This document shows positions 18,042 through 29,517 of a stretch of 64,000 nt of DNA, in pieces (position 1 is the first letter of the stretch; the number at the start of each line of letters is the position of its first letter). The position numbers were made by a program, and so were the translations under genes. Location of the stretch: the NCBI GenBank assembly GCA_039182965.1, contig JBCDBW010000002.1, positions 15,063 to 79,062 on the forward strand, in the 5' to 3' direction. The notes under the pieces were generated by a model, which saw only the letters and a program-made list of their open reading frames with translations, ran no database searches and had not been told where the DNA came from. This stretch comes from Verrucomicrobiota bacterium (GTDB lineage Bacteria; Verrucomicrobiota; Verrucomicrobiia; Verrucomicrobiales; DEV007).

Positions 18042-20786
18042 ATGTCGTTGATGAGGGGCGTCGGGTTGTCTGTTTGCCAGACACCAGGTCGTACCTCAGT
18101 CGAAGCGATGGAGTTAATACCCACAAGAATCGGCCGGCGCGTCCGGTCCATGACGGCATTGGTCGCTTTTGTGATGTGGATCCTGCCAACCGCCGATTTT
18201 CAAGTGGCGATGGCGGAAAGCGCCAGACCGGATGTTCTGTTGATTATTGTCGACGATATGAATTGGCGATTGGGTTGCTATGGGGATGAGTATGTCCACA
18301 CGCCGAATCTTGATCGGCTGGCGGATCGGGGGGTTCGATTTGATCGCGCGTATTGCAACTATCCGGTATGCGGGCCGTCACGGACGTCCTTTCTGAGTGG
18401 TCGATACCCGGGGACGACGGGCGTTTTCGGCAATGGCGTGGATCCGCGGACCGTTCTGGGAGATGAGTATCGATTTCTTCCCGAGTATTTTCGTGATCAC
18501 GGTTATGAAACGGTGGGTGTGGGTAAGATTCCGCATACGCCGGAGCATCTTGATTCGATGGAGTGGGATTTTCATTTGGATCCGCAATGGGAACCGGAGG
18601 CGGTGTTTGACGGTGTGTTGCCGAAGGACACGCTCGATTGGCCGGAGGAGCGGCATCCGGACGGAATTAGCACGCGGTTGGCGGTGGAGTATCTGGAGGC
18701 GGAGCGGGACCGGCCGCTTTTTTTGACCGTTGGGCTTCATCGTCCGCATGCCCCCCGGGCCGCGCCTCGCGAATATTGGGACTTGATTGACCCGAAGAGT
18801 CTTCCGATTCCGGAGCCGGGGATTGTTTCGGTGGGGATTCCTTCAATTGCCTTTCCTCCGAAGGTGGAGCTGGAATATCCGGTCGCGAAGATTCGGTCCA
18901 CGCTTCATGCGTATCACGCCACGACTGCCTTTGTGGATGCGCAGGTGGGGATGCTCCTGGATGTGTTGGACCGGAAGGATCGTTGGGATGATACTGTCGT
19001 TATTTTTTTCAGTGATCATGGGGTTTATCGGGGAGAGCACGGTGGGTTTTGGCAGAAGATGACGCTGATGGAAGAGGCACTGAAAGTTCCTCTTCTAATT
19101 CATTTGCCGGGCGGATTGGAAGGGGCCTCGAGCCCGGCGCCGGTGGGGTTGGTAGATATCTTCCCAACCTTGACCGAAGCCTGTGGATTGCCGACACAAG
19201 ATGGGGTTGAAGGCGAAAGTCTCGTGCCGTTGCTTCGCGGGGCCGGCGAAGGGCGCGACAAAGACGCGGCGTTTGCGACTGTTTTGAGGAAGGAGGGTAA
19301 GGAAGATCGTTTTGCCCACACGGTTCGGACGAGTCGTTGGGGTTATACGGAGTGGCCGGATGGGTCGAAGCAGCTCTATGATCACGAGCAGGATCCAGAA
19401 GAGTTGGTGAACCTGGCCGGGAAAGCGGAGCACGAAGCGATTGAGAAGCGGTTAGCCCGGCGGCTTGAGCTTCATCGCGGGAAGGGTGTCACGGGAGATG
19501 GGCACCCCGGGAAGCGACCGAATATCGTGTTGATTCTAACAGATGATCTTGGGTACGAGGACACAGGTGTTCATGGCGCGCCTGATGTGATCACGCCACA
19601 TCTTGATGCCCTTGCGGAGAACGGCGTTCGTTGCACGGATGCTTATGTGACTTCGCCAGTGTGTTCGCCCAGTCGCGCCGGTGTTCTGACGGGCCGCTAT
19701 CAGAACCGTTTTGGGTTTGAGTTTTTGGTGGGTGATGAAGTGATTGCGGAGCCTGGACAACTGATTGGATTGGATCCTGAAGAGATCACGATCGCCGATC
19801 GATTGCGCGATTTGGGGTATATCACCGGCTGCGTTGGGAAGTGGCACTTGGGCCGGGAGGAGCCCTTTTATCCGACGAATCGCGGGTTCGATGAGTTTTA
19901 CGGAACCTTTGGTCAGAGCGGGTATTACTCGCCGATGCTTGTGGATTCGAGAGATGGAATGCAGCCGAAGAAGGTGAAGGAGCCGGGCTATTACACGACG
20001 GACGATTACAATCGCCGAGCGGTCGAGTTTGTATACGAGCATCAAGATAAGCCCTTCTTTTTGTTTCTCTCGCACTTTGCCGTGCACAAGCCACATGACG
20101 CGACGGAACGGTATCTCGAGCGGTTTCCGGAGGTTGCCGACCCGATACGTCGCGCTTACCTGGCGATGCTTTCGGCTATGGATGATGGCGTGGGTCAGTT
20201 GGTCGGTGCGCTCGAGGAGACGGGGCTGGAAGAGAACACGCTTATTATCTTTTTGAGTGACAATGGTGGGACGCAGGGCAGTTCGAATCAGCCGTTGCGG
20301 GGACGGAAGGGAGGAACCTGGGAAGGAGGGATTCGCGTCCCGATGTTCATTCAGTGGAAGTCGCGTTTGCCTCAAGGAATGGTTTATTCGAAGCCGGTGA
20401 TTTCACTTGATATCTTGCCGACCTGCGTTGCGGCCGCGGGCGGCGTGGTCGATGAGGAGTGGAGTTTGGACGGCGTCAATTTGATGCCCTTTTTCGACGG
20501 AGCGAAGGAGGGCTCGCCGCACGATGCGTTGTATTGGCGGTTTGGGACCCAGTGGGCGATTCGGAAAGGGGATTGGAAGCTGTTGCAAGCCCGAGAGGGG
20601 AAAACCGGTTCGATCCAGATCGCGGAAGAGGGGCCAATGCGGTTGTTTTATCTTGGCGAAGATTTGTCCGAGGAGCGAGATTTGGCGGGTGAGCGGCCAG
20701 CGCACGCGGCCAAGCTTCGTCGCCACTGGGAGGCCTGGGCCGAGCAACTGTCGGAACCGCGTTGGCTGCCTGTTCCTGTTGAGTGA
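18042..20786 (+). CDS. tandem (double-domain) sulfatase: iduronate-2-sulfatase-like + arylsulfatase-like
   Basis: Two complete catalytic cores. Domain 1: DVLLIIVDDMNWRLGCYG and CGPSR (18369-18383). Domain 2: NIVLILTDDLGYEDTGVHG and CSPSR (19662-19676). Start is uncertain (ATG 18042, 18108 or 18150). Confidence 0.88.
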   Translation: MSLMRGVGLSVCQTPGRTSVEAMELIPTRIGRRVRSMTALVAFVMWILPTADFQVAMAESARPDVLLIIVDDMNWRLGCYGDEYVHTPNLDRLADRGVRFDRAYCNYPVCGPSRTSFLSGRYPGTTGVFGNGVDPRTVLGDEYRFLPEYFRDHGYETVGVGKIPHTPEHLDSMEWDFHLDPQWEPEAVFDGVLPKDTLDWPEERHPDGISTRLAVEYLEAERDRPLFLTVGLHRPHAPRAAPREYWDLIDPKSLPIPEPGIVSVGIPSIAFPPKVELEYPVAKIRSTLHAYHATTAFVDAQVGMLLDVLDRKDRWDDTVVIFFSDHGVYRGEHGGFWQKMTLMEEALKVPLLIHLPGGLEGASSPAPVGLVDIFPTLTEACGLPTQDGVEGESLVPLLRGAGEGRDKDAAFATVLRKEGKEDRFAHTVRTSRWGYTEWPDGSKQLYDHEQDPEELVNLAGKAEHEAIEKRLARRLELHRGKGVTGDGHPGKRPNIVLILTDDLGYEDTGVHGAPDVITPHLDALAENGVRCTDAYVTSPVCSPSRAGVLTGRYQNRFGFEFLVGDEVIAEPGQLIGLDPEEITIADRLRDLGYITGCVGKWHLGREEPFYPTNRGFDEFYGTFGQSGYYSPMLVDSRDGMQPKKVKEPGYYTTDDYNRRAVEFVYEHQDKPFFLFLSHFAVHKPHDATERYLERFPEVADPIRRAYLAMLSAMDDGVGQLVGALEETGLEENTLIIFLSDNGGTQGSSNQPLRGRKGGTWEGGIRVPMFIQWKSRLPQGMVYSKPVISLDILPTCVAAAGGVVDEEWSLDGVNLMPFFDGAKEGSPHDALYWRFGTQWAIRKGDWKLLQAREGKTGSIQIAEEGPMRLFYLGEDLSEERDLAGERPAHAAKLRRHWEAWAEQLSEPRWLPVPVE

Positions 20787-20817
20787 AGAGTCCTTAAACC
20801 GTTATGATTCTCAGCAA

Positions 20818-22440
20818 ATGAAGCGTCGGCGATTCATTGGAGTTGTTCCTTTGGTTGGAATTGGTTCGCTTGCTTCTTATGCCGGAATCGCTGCAGAGGG
20901 GGCCAAGGCGCCGTTTCGGGTGATTTACAGCAATGACACGACCCATATTCTGTCGTGTCGAAGTCCAGGGCCGGAGCGGGACCGACCTTTCACGGATGAA
21001 GATCTTCGAAAGTCGATTCTCGAAGCGGAAGGTGTGGACGCTCATTTTTTGCAGCCCGGGCTTGGCTGGATTCCATGGTGGCGTTCGAGTATTTATTCTG
21101 CGGAGGATCATCATGCTTGGTTACGTGATAAGCATGGCGTGAAGGGTGTGACTAGGATTGGCGAGTATTTGCTAGGGGGTGGCGACATGCTTAAGACATT
21201 GGTGGCCACCTGCCGGGAGATTGGCGTGGCACCTTTCTTGAGTTTTCGCTTGAACGATGGACATCACACGCGGGATTTGGCTGACGCCTTGGCGCGGGGC
21301 AGGCCGACCACAAAGATGGCGCGTCATTACTGGGACAATTACAAAGCCTTTCGGATCGGTCCGAATATGGCGAGCTGGGACGAGTGTGTATTTGACTGGG
21401 GGATACCCGAGGTTCGTGAATACAAATTTGCCCTTCTTGAGGAGGCTTGTGCGAATTACGATCTCGCCGGTCTCGAGCTGGATTTCCTTCGGCATTGGAG
21501 TCGATTTGGGGTGTCTGTGCCGCTTGAGGAGCGTCGGGAAATTACGAACGGGTTCGTGGCGCGCGTGCGGGAGATGCTTGATCGGACCGGTCGTGAGAGG
21601 GGGCTTCCTCAGCGCTGGCTGAGTGTTCGTGTTCCGGCCAATTCGACTATTCGACCTGAGCAGGGAGTGGATTTACGGGAAATGACTCAAGCCGGAGTGG
21701 ATATGGTTAATTTGTCTTACAGTTACTTCACGTGGCAAGACGGGAATCCCGGTCAGGCTCGGGAAGAAATTGGCGACGAGGGTTCGATCTACGTGGAAAT
21801 GACGCATACCACGATGACGGGCAAGGCCACAGCGGGGAGTGGAACGCAGCCGTTTCTGAGGACCACCGACGAGCAGTTTTACACGACGGCCCGTCTTGCA
21901 TACGAACAGGGAGCGGACGGGGTGAGTCTGTTTAATTTCCCCTATTACCGCTATCATGTGACGGAATCGATCGGTCCGTTTCATGAACCTCCGTTTCATG
22001 TTCTGCCTCGGTTAAAGCGGCGGCGATACCTGGATCGGCAGCCCCAATGGGTTTTCGCGAGTGCAGGAAGGAATGATTCGATATTGGGTGACAAGCCGCT
22101 CCCAACCATTCTGAAGCGCGGGGCCTCCCAGCTTTTTTCGCTTCGTATGATACCCGAGAAGAATCGTCCGGCGGATGGCTTATTGCGCCTGCGGTCAGAC
22201 GAAGCTATCGATGATCGCGAGATTGAAGTGCGGTTTAACGGCGAGGTTTTGAAGTCTGTGGCGGCGGAAATACATCCGCGCAGTGACTCATACGCGGGGA
22301 CGTGGTTGGGGAAGCCTTCGCAGTTTGCCTGTTTTGTTCTGCCGAAGTCTGTGTCTTTGGAGTCCATCAACGAAGTTGAAGTTCTCGTTAGCGGGGGGAT
22401 TAGAGTGCGCTTAGTTTATTTTGATCTCATCCTGGGCTGA
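20818..22440 (+). CDS. Tat-signal TIM-barrel protein, glycoside-hydrolase-like (GHL10/DUF187-like)
   Basis: ATG 20818 gives MKRRRFIGVVPLVGIGSLASYAGIAA. The track ORF (from 20524) runs back into the previous gene. DWGIPEVREYKFALLEEACANYDLAGLELDFLRH resembles the GHL10 core. Function is uncertain. Confidence 0.6.
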   Translation: MKRRRFIGVVPLVGIGSLASYAGIAAEGAKAPFRVIYSNDTTHILSCRSPGPERDRPFTDEDLRKSILEAEGVDAHFLQPGLGWIPWWRSSIYSAEDHHAWLRDKHGVKGVTRIGEYLLGGGDMLKTLVATCREIGVAPFLSFRLNDGHHTRDLADALARGRPTTKMARHYWDNYKAFRIGPNMASWDECVFDWGIPEVREYKFALLEEACANYDLAGLELDFLRHWSRFGVSVPLEERREITNGFVARVREMLDRTGRERGLPQRWLSVRVPANSTIRPEQGVDLREMTQAGVDMVNLSYSYFTWQDGNPGQAREEIGDEGSIYVEMTHTTMTGKATAGSGTQPFLRTTDEQFYTTARLAYEQGADGVSLFNFPYYRYHVTESIGPFHEPPFHVLPRLKRRRYLDRQPQWVFASAGRNDSILGDKPLPTILKRGASQLFSLRMIPEKNRPADGLLRLRSDEAIDDREIEVRFNGEVLKSVAAEIHPRSDSYAGTWLGKPSQFACFVLPKSVSLESINEVEVLVSGGIRVRLVYFDLILG

Positions 22441-22496
22441 GAAGCGGAAATGGGCAGAGATGACGCGTGGATGAAGGTGGGATCCGGGGAATGGGC

Positions 22497-25073
22497 TCAC
22501 CGATCGGTTTTTGCGGCTATTGGTTGAAGGTTGGCAGAGACTCTTTTCAGGAAGTGTTCGTGGTGGCGGGTGCGGTAGTCGACGAGATGGTAGGTGGCGA
22601 TTTTGATCATGTCCTGGAGGAACATGAAAATCAGATTATAGCCCCAAATGAACGCTGCCCATGCCCACGGGAGCGGCGTCATAAAGATGCCGAAGCAAGC
22701 GATCAGCAGAGCGATTCCCTGAGTGCCGAGGAGTGCGGAAACGAGAATGGGAGAGGGGGCTGGTTTGGAGAAGAGTGAGTGCTCGGAGCGGGTTACGAAG
22801 AGGAGGAGGTGACCGCTGATTACCAGTTGAAGGAAGATAGCTGTTTGAAGTTGTGTCTCATCGAGAGAGGGGAGCCAAGGGATCGTTTCTTGGAGGTTGG
22901 TCCGTCCAAGGATGAAGAGGCCGAAAGTCTGGACGACGGCGACGAGTCCGAGGATGGAAGAAATTGTTAGGACTCGATGCATTTGCCATCGCGCGGGTTT
23001 CTTCTGGACTCGGGTATGGTCATACGCAATTGTCATGATGGGGATATCATCGAGGAGAGCGAGGAGGATAATCATGACCGCGGTGAGGGGACGAAAGCTA
23101 AAAGCCAGCATTGAGAGCACGACGAAGAACATGATATCGATTGTCATCGCGATGCGATAGATCGTGTAGCTCATCATGCGTAGGAAGATTTGGCGTGCTT
23201 CTTCGATGGCCTGTATAATTACGGAGAGTCCGGGTGCGGTGAGGATGAGAGCGGCTGCGGCGCGCGCGGCATCGGTGGCTCCAGACACGGCGACGCCGCA
23301 GTCGGCTTGTTTGAGGGCGGGAGCGTCGTTGACGCCATCGCCGGTCATCGCTACGAGGTGTCCCCGATTTTGCAGGGCTTTCACGATGGCGAATTTGTGT
23401 TCTGGAAAGACGCGACCAAATCCGTCTGATGTTTCGACACGTTCTTCGACATCTGGGGGAAGGTTAGAGACATCTACGTCCTTGGAGAAGACATCGGCTG
23501 CGGCGACGAGGTGTGCGCCCATGCCGAGTTTTTTGGCGATTTGATCCCCGATGGCCACGTCGTCGCCGGTAATCATTTTGACGCCGACTCCATTGGCTTT
23601 CGCCTGAGCGATGGTCTCTTTGGAATCGTCGCGGGGAGGATCGAACATCGGCAGGATGCCAAGGAACTGCCATGTTCTGCCGTCGTCTGTGGATTGGGCG
23701 ACGCCAAGCGAGCGGAATCCACGATTGGCGAGGTCGGAAACGGTTTCCTCCGCAAACTCCCGAATTTTGCCGTCGATATTGCAAAGCTTGGCGATCACAT
23801 GCGGGGCGCCTTTGGTGCAACGAATTTCGCCGTCGGGACCGGTCAGCGTGGCTTCGGTTCGTTTTGAAACAGGGTCGAAGGGCGTGAATTTGGTTTGGGT
23901 GAAGGCGGCGAGGGCGGAGGGATCGTTGAATGCTGCGATTACGGCATGATCAATGGCATCGTCCGATTCCTGCTGGGATGCGAGGGCACCGGCGAGGAGG
24001 GCTTGATCTGGCTGGATTCCTGGAGGGGTGAGTGGTTTGTCGAGGGTGAGTTGATTTTTTGTGAGGGTGCCGGTTTTGTCGGAGCAGAGGATATCCACGC
24101 CTGCGAGTTCTTCGATTGCTTGAAGGCGGGACACGATCGCCTTGCGTTTTGAGAGTGCGAGCGCACCTAGGGCCATCGTAACGGAGAGCACGGCGGGCAT
24201 CGCGACCGGAATGGAAGCGATTACCAGGATGAGGACGAATTGGAGAATATCGAGGACATCGGTCCATTGCCATGATGGGGCGAGGACGAGATCTCGGTAG
24301 AGTTCGACCGTAATAAGGATCAAGCTTAGGGCGAGTGAGAGGAAGATGAGAAAATTTCCGATGCTCATGACTGCCTGTTGAAAGTGCGAGACGGCACCGG
24401 CCTTTGCGACGAGGTTGGCGGTCCGACCGAAGAATGTGTTTGGGCCGGTTGAGACGACGACGGCGGTCATGACTCCTTGTTTCGCGATACTGCCTGAGTA
24501 GGCGGCGTCGCCGGACTTTTTATTTACAGGCAGCGACTCACCTGTGAGTGCGGCTTGGTCGATGCTGAGATAAGCGCCCTCGACGAGTTTGCAGTCGGCT
24601 GGGACGACGTCGCCGAGTTTGATTGTAATTAGGTCGCCGGGGACGAGTTCGGCGGCGGGAATTGAAGTCCAGGATTGATCGCGCCTGGCGCGCGCTTTCA
24701 GGGCGAGCCCACTTTTCAGGGCATCAAGCGCATTGGATGCCTTGCGCTCTTCCCAGTATCCGATGGCGGCATTGAAGATCAGCATGAAGAGAATGATGGA
24801 GAAATCGGTCCAATGCTGAACGAGGAGGGAAAGGAGAGCGGCGATTTCGATCATCCAAGGGATGGGTCCCCAGAAGTAGCCGAGCAACTGTTTAAGGAGA
24901 TTGTTTTTTTCGGTGGCTAGCTCATTGGGGCCGAATGATTCGAGGCGATCGTTGGCCTCGCTTGAAGAGAGGCCGTCTGCGGATGTATTGAGCTTTGCGA
25001 GCACCTGGGTAAGATCGGCCGATTCGGCCTCCTCGATGGACATGCTATGCGGGTTGACAGAGGCAGTTGACAT
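22497..25073 (-). CDS. P-type ATPase, plasma-membrane H+-ATPase-like (P3A subfamily)
   Basis: 858 aa. CSDKTGTLT phosphorylation site. MITGDDVAIG. TGDGVNDAPALKQADCGVAVSGATDAARAAAALILTAPGLSVIIQAIEEARQIFLRMMSYTIYRIAMTI closely resembles plant and fungal PMA. Confidence 0.9.
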   Translation of the reverse strand: MSTASVNPHSMSIEEAESADLTQVLAKLNTSADGLSSSEANDRLESFGPNELATEKNNLLKQLLGYFWGPIPWMIEIAALLSLLVQHWTDFSIILFMLIFNAAIGYWEERKASNALDALKSGLALKARARRDQSWTSIPAAELVPGDLITIKLGDVVPADCKLVEGAYLSIDQAALTGESLPVNKKSGDAAYSGSIAKQGVMTAVVVSTGPNTFFGRTANLVAKAGAVSHFQQAVMSIGNFLIFLSLALSLILITVELYRDLVLAPSWQWTDVLDILQFVLILVIASIPVAMPAVLSVTMALGALALSKRKAIVSRLQAIEELAGVDILCSDKTGTLTKNQLTLDKPLTPPGIQPDQALLAGALASQQESDDAIDHAVIAAFNDPSALAAFTQTKFTPFDPVSKRTEATLTGPDGEIRCTKGAPHVIAKLCNIDGKIREFAEETVSDLANRGFRSLGVAQSTDDGRTWQFLGILPMFDPPRDDSKETIAQAKANGVGVKMITGDDVAIGDQIAKKLGMGAHLVAAADVFSKDVDVSNLPPDVEERVETSDGFGRVFPEHKFAIVKALQNRGHLVAMTGDGVNDAPALKQADCGVAVSGATDAARAAAALILTAPGLSVIIQAIEEARQIFLRMMSYTIYRIAMTIDIMFFVVLSMLAFSFRPLTAVMIILLALLDDIPIMTIAYDHTRVQKKPARWQMHRVLTISSILGLVAVVQTFGLFILGRTNLQETIPWLPSLDETQLQTAIFLQLVISGHLLLFVTRSEHSLFSKPAPSPILVSALLGTQGIALLIACFGIFMTPLPWAWAAFIWGYNLIFMFLQDMIKIATYHLVDYRTRHHEHFLKRVSANLQPIAAKTDR

Positions 25074-25361
25074 TGTCTGAGGTGGGAAAGGCGCGGTTCG
25101 GGTTGCTGGGCCGGATCGATAGCAGAAGAGATGGCTCTCGCGTGTCCTTTTCCCGCACGGGTGAAAGTTGGTGAGATTGAATTGATCGGCCCGGGCGATG
25201 GGCCACTAGGTGATACCAAAGCTTGGTAGGCGTGGCGTCAAGCTTGCGTGGGGTCGAGGCTCTATCTCCCAGGGGTGAGAGGCAGGGTTATGGGTGCGGG
25301 ATCATTTTATTTACAATTTCAATTACTTGACTCAGTCTAGAAGTAGATTCATTTTGCCACC

Positions 25362-25811
25362 ATGAAGGACCCGGCGAAGCATCTGCGCGAGCATGGCGTA
25401 GCCGTTACGGCACAGCGAATTGCAGTCTTGCGTGCGGTAGGGCGCAGCCCTCATGGGACTGCGGATTCCGTTGCTGCAGAGGTGCGAAGGGAAATTGGGA
25501 CGATATCTCGCCAAGCTGTTTACAATGTGCTCGCGGTTCTGTCGGAGAAGGGACTGATTCGGCGGATACAGCCTGCGGGGTCACCGGCTCGATTTGAAGA
25601 TCGTGTTGGCGACAATCATCATCATCTCATTTGTCGAGTCTGTGGTAAGATGGTAGACGTTGATTCTGCTGTAGGAGATGCGCCGCGTCTGACAGCAGCG
25701 AACGATTCGGGCTTTGAGATTGACGAGGCGGAGGTGATTTACTGGGGAACTTGTCCGTCCTGTTTTGATGCGCCTTCGAAGCCTGCGAGCAAAGATCGCG
25801 ACAATGCGTGA
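25362..25811 (+). CDS. Fur family transcriptional regulator (FurA/PerR-like, upstream of katG)
   Basis: 149 aa. Winged-helix N-terminus. [16 protein letters not shown] and CPSC metal sites. Precedes katG by 60 nt. Confidence 0.88.
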   Translation: MKDPAKHLREHGVAVTAQRIAVLRAVGRSPHGTADSVAAEVRREIGTISRQAVYNVLAVLSEKGLIRRIQPAGSPARFEDRVGDNHHHLICRVCGKMVDVDSAVGDAPRLTAANDSGFEIDEAEVIYWGTCPSCFDAPSKPASKDRDNA

Positions 25812-28109
<2,298 letters not shown>

Positions 28110-28257
28110 GGTTTGTTGTAGCTGCTGGTTCCAGGGAGCTCGAGGTTGGACTTGGGTGTGGCCCCACCATGAGGGTCATGGTGAGGCGCGGTTCCCCTTG
28201 ACTTGTTGTCGATCTTCACCATTGGTTGAGTTGGAGGGGTTCATGGCAATCTAGGGT

Positions 28258-29343
28258 ATGAGCAGGCTGTTGATTCGTTCAGGTGGCGACTTAGAAAAGT
28301 CATTTGTTCCGACTTTCTCGTTGACGTTTCCTGGGTGTTCGTGTCTTGGCCAAAGAGGGGTGACGACGCTGGTCTTGAGTGTTTTCGTTGCCTCGATGAT
28401 GGTATGTGCCACCCTCGCGGATGCGGTGGAATTTGAGTTTGAGATTGAACCGCTTCGGTCGTCAGCGGAGTTGACGGCTGCCGCTCTTCAATCGGATGGC
28501 GTGGGGCTGGGTGCACTTGGTTCGAATTTTGTGACTCAATCTTTTCCGCTTGATGGTAGTATCACGCTTGACGTATCGGTGCTTGGGAGCCAGGTACTAT
28601 CGGTTGATTTTGTCACACTTGATCTCGAGTATGTTGCCACTCTCGAAAATCCAATTTCCTATTTTTTGACTGCAAATGACGCCACCCCTTTTGAAGGGGC
28701 GGTAATTGAGTACCGGATTCCTTTTGATCCTGCCTTAGCGAGCGGCAGCACGATCATTCCTTTTCAACCAAGACTGACACTGACTAGTGGCGACGCCGGG
28801 ACTGAGAGTGGAACGCTTGGCGACATCGAGGTTACGAACGCGGTGTTTGGCTTTGTGGCAACGGCGCAAACATTCGACAATCCGTTGGTGGATGACGGCT
28901 TTCCGGCTGACTTGGGGCCTTATCCCAGCGGTGCATTTGAAGGGCAGCCAGTGGGTCCCTATGGTTTTTCGGGTTCCGTCTCATTGACAGGGAATTGTCT
29001 TCGGTTTTCGGGTGGCACCTTTTTTACTGCGGGTGCCGGGGGTGATGGCTTGATACGCAGCGCGCAGACGCACCGTGGTTCTTTTGAGGCGATTGCTCTG
29101 TTTCGACCGGTCGATGGTGTGGAAATCTTTGAGTTCAGAACGAGTGGGACGACGGTGACGTTGACGTGGGATTCCGATGTTAGTGCGACCTATCAAGTTC
29201 TTGGCGGCGTAGACCTGGTGTGTTTTCCGTATGTGGTAGCGACAGGCGTTAGCTCGCAGGGCCCTGTTAGCACCATGTCTTTTACGATTCCGACAGAGAT
29301 GCAGCCGTTAGCTCGGGGTTTTTTTGTGATCGAGGAGGAGTAA
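28258..29343 (+). CDS. secreted beta-rich hypothetical protein
   Basis: Hydrophobic leader TTLVLSVFVASMMVCATLADA; GTG 28360 is a plausible alternative start. FN3-like C-terminal VTLTWDSDVSATYQVLGGVDL. No family recognised. Confidence 0.55.
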   Translation: MSRLLIRSGGDLEKSFVPTFSLTFPGCSCLGQRGVTTLVLSVFVASMMVCATLADAVEFEFEIEPLRSSAELTAAALQSDGVGLGALGSNFVTQSFPLDGSITLDVSVLGSQVLSVDFVTLDLEYVATLENPISYFLTANDATPFEGAVIEYRIPFDPALASGSTIIPFQPRLTLTSGDAGTESGTLGDIEVTNAVFGFVATAQTFDNPLVDDGFPADLGPYPSGAFEGQPVGPYGFSGSVSLTGNCLRFSGGTFFTAGAGGDGLIRSAQTHRGSFEAIALFRPVDGVEIFEFRTSGTTVTLTWDSDVSATYQVLGGVDLVCFPYVVATGVSSQGPVSTMSFTIPTEMQPLARGFFVIEEE

Positions 29344-29517
29344 GGGGGCTTTACTTTTCTGGTGAAGGAGGCGGTGAGTGCGACTGTATCGATTCGGGCT
29401 CCGGGCAGCGGCGTGCTTTTTATTTTCCCAGGCGGGGGATTTACGGTGGTTTGTCCCGAAAGATTGGGATCGACAGGGCGTTAACACTGGAGAGCCGAAT
29501 TTACCGGGGAACACACC

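Noticed and set aside
20524-20817. N-terminal 98-aa extension of the 20524-22440 ORF
   Set aside because: The extension overlaps the end of the tandem sulfatase gene in another frame and is Arg/Gly/Cys-rich. ATG 20818 gives a textbook twin-arginine leader.
22467-22778. 103-aa plus-strand ORF after the Tat TIM-barrel gene
   Set aside because: Antisense to the conserved C-terminal membrane helices of the P-type ATPase.
25074-25361. Mg2+/M-box or other riboswitch in the P-type ATPase leader
   Set aside because: I could not recognise M-box or any other riboswitch consensus by eye. The pump looks like an H+ type rather than MgtA. This is left as an open check (Rfam scan), not a call.
28165-28183. 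Hairpin CACCATGA-GGG-TCATGGTG after katG as an intrinsic terminator
   Set aside because: The 8-bp stem is real but is not followed by a T-tract, so evidence is insufficient to call a terminator.
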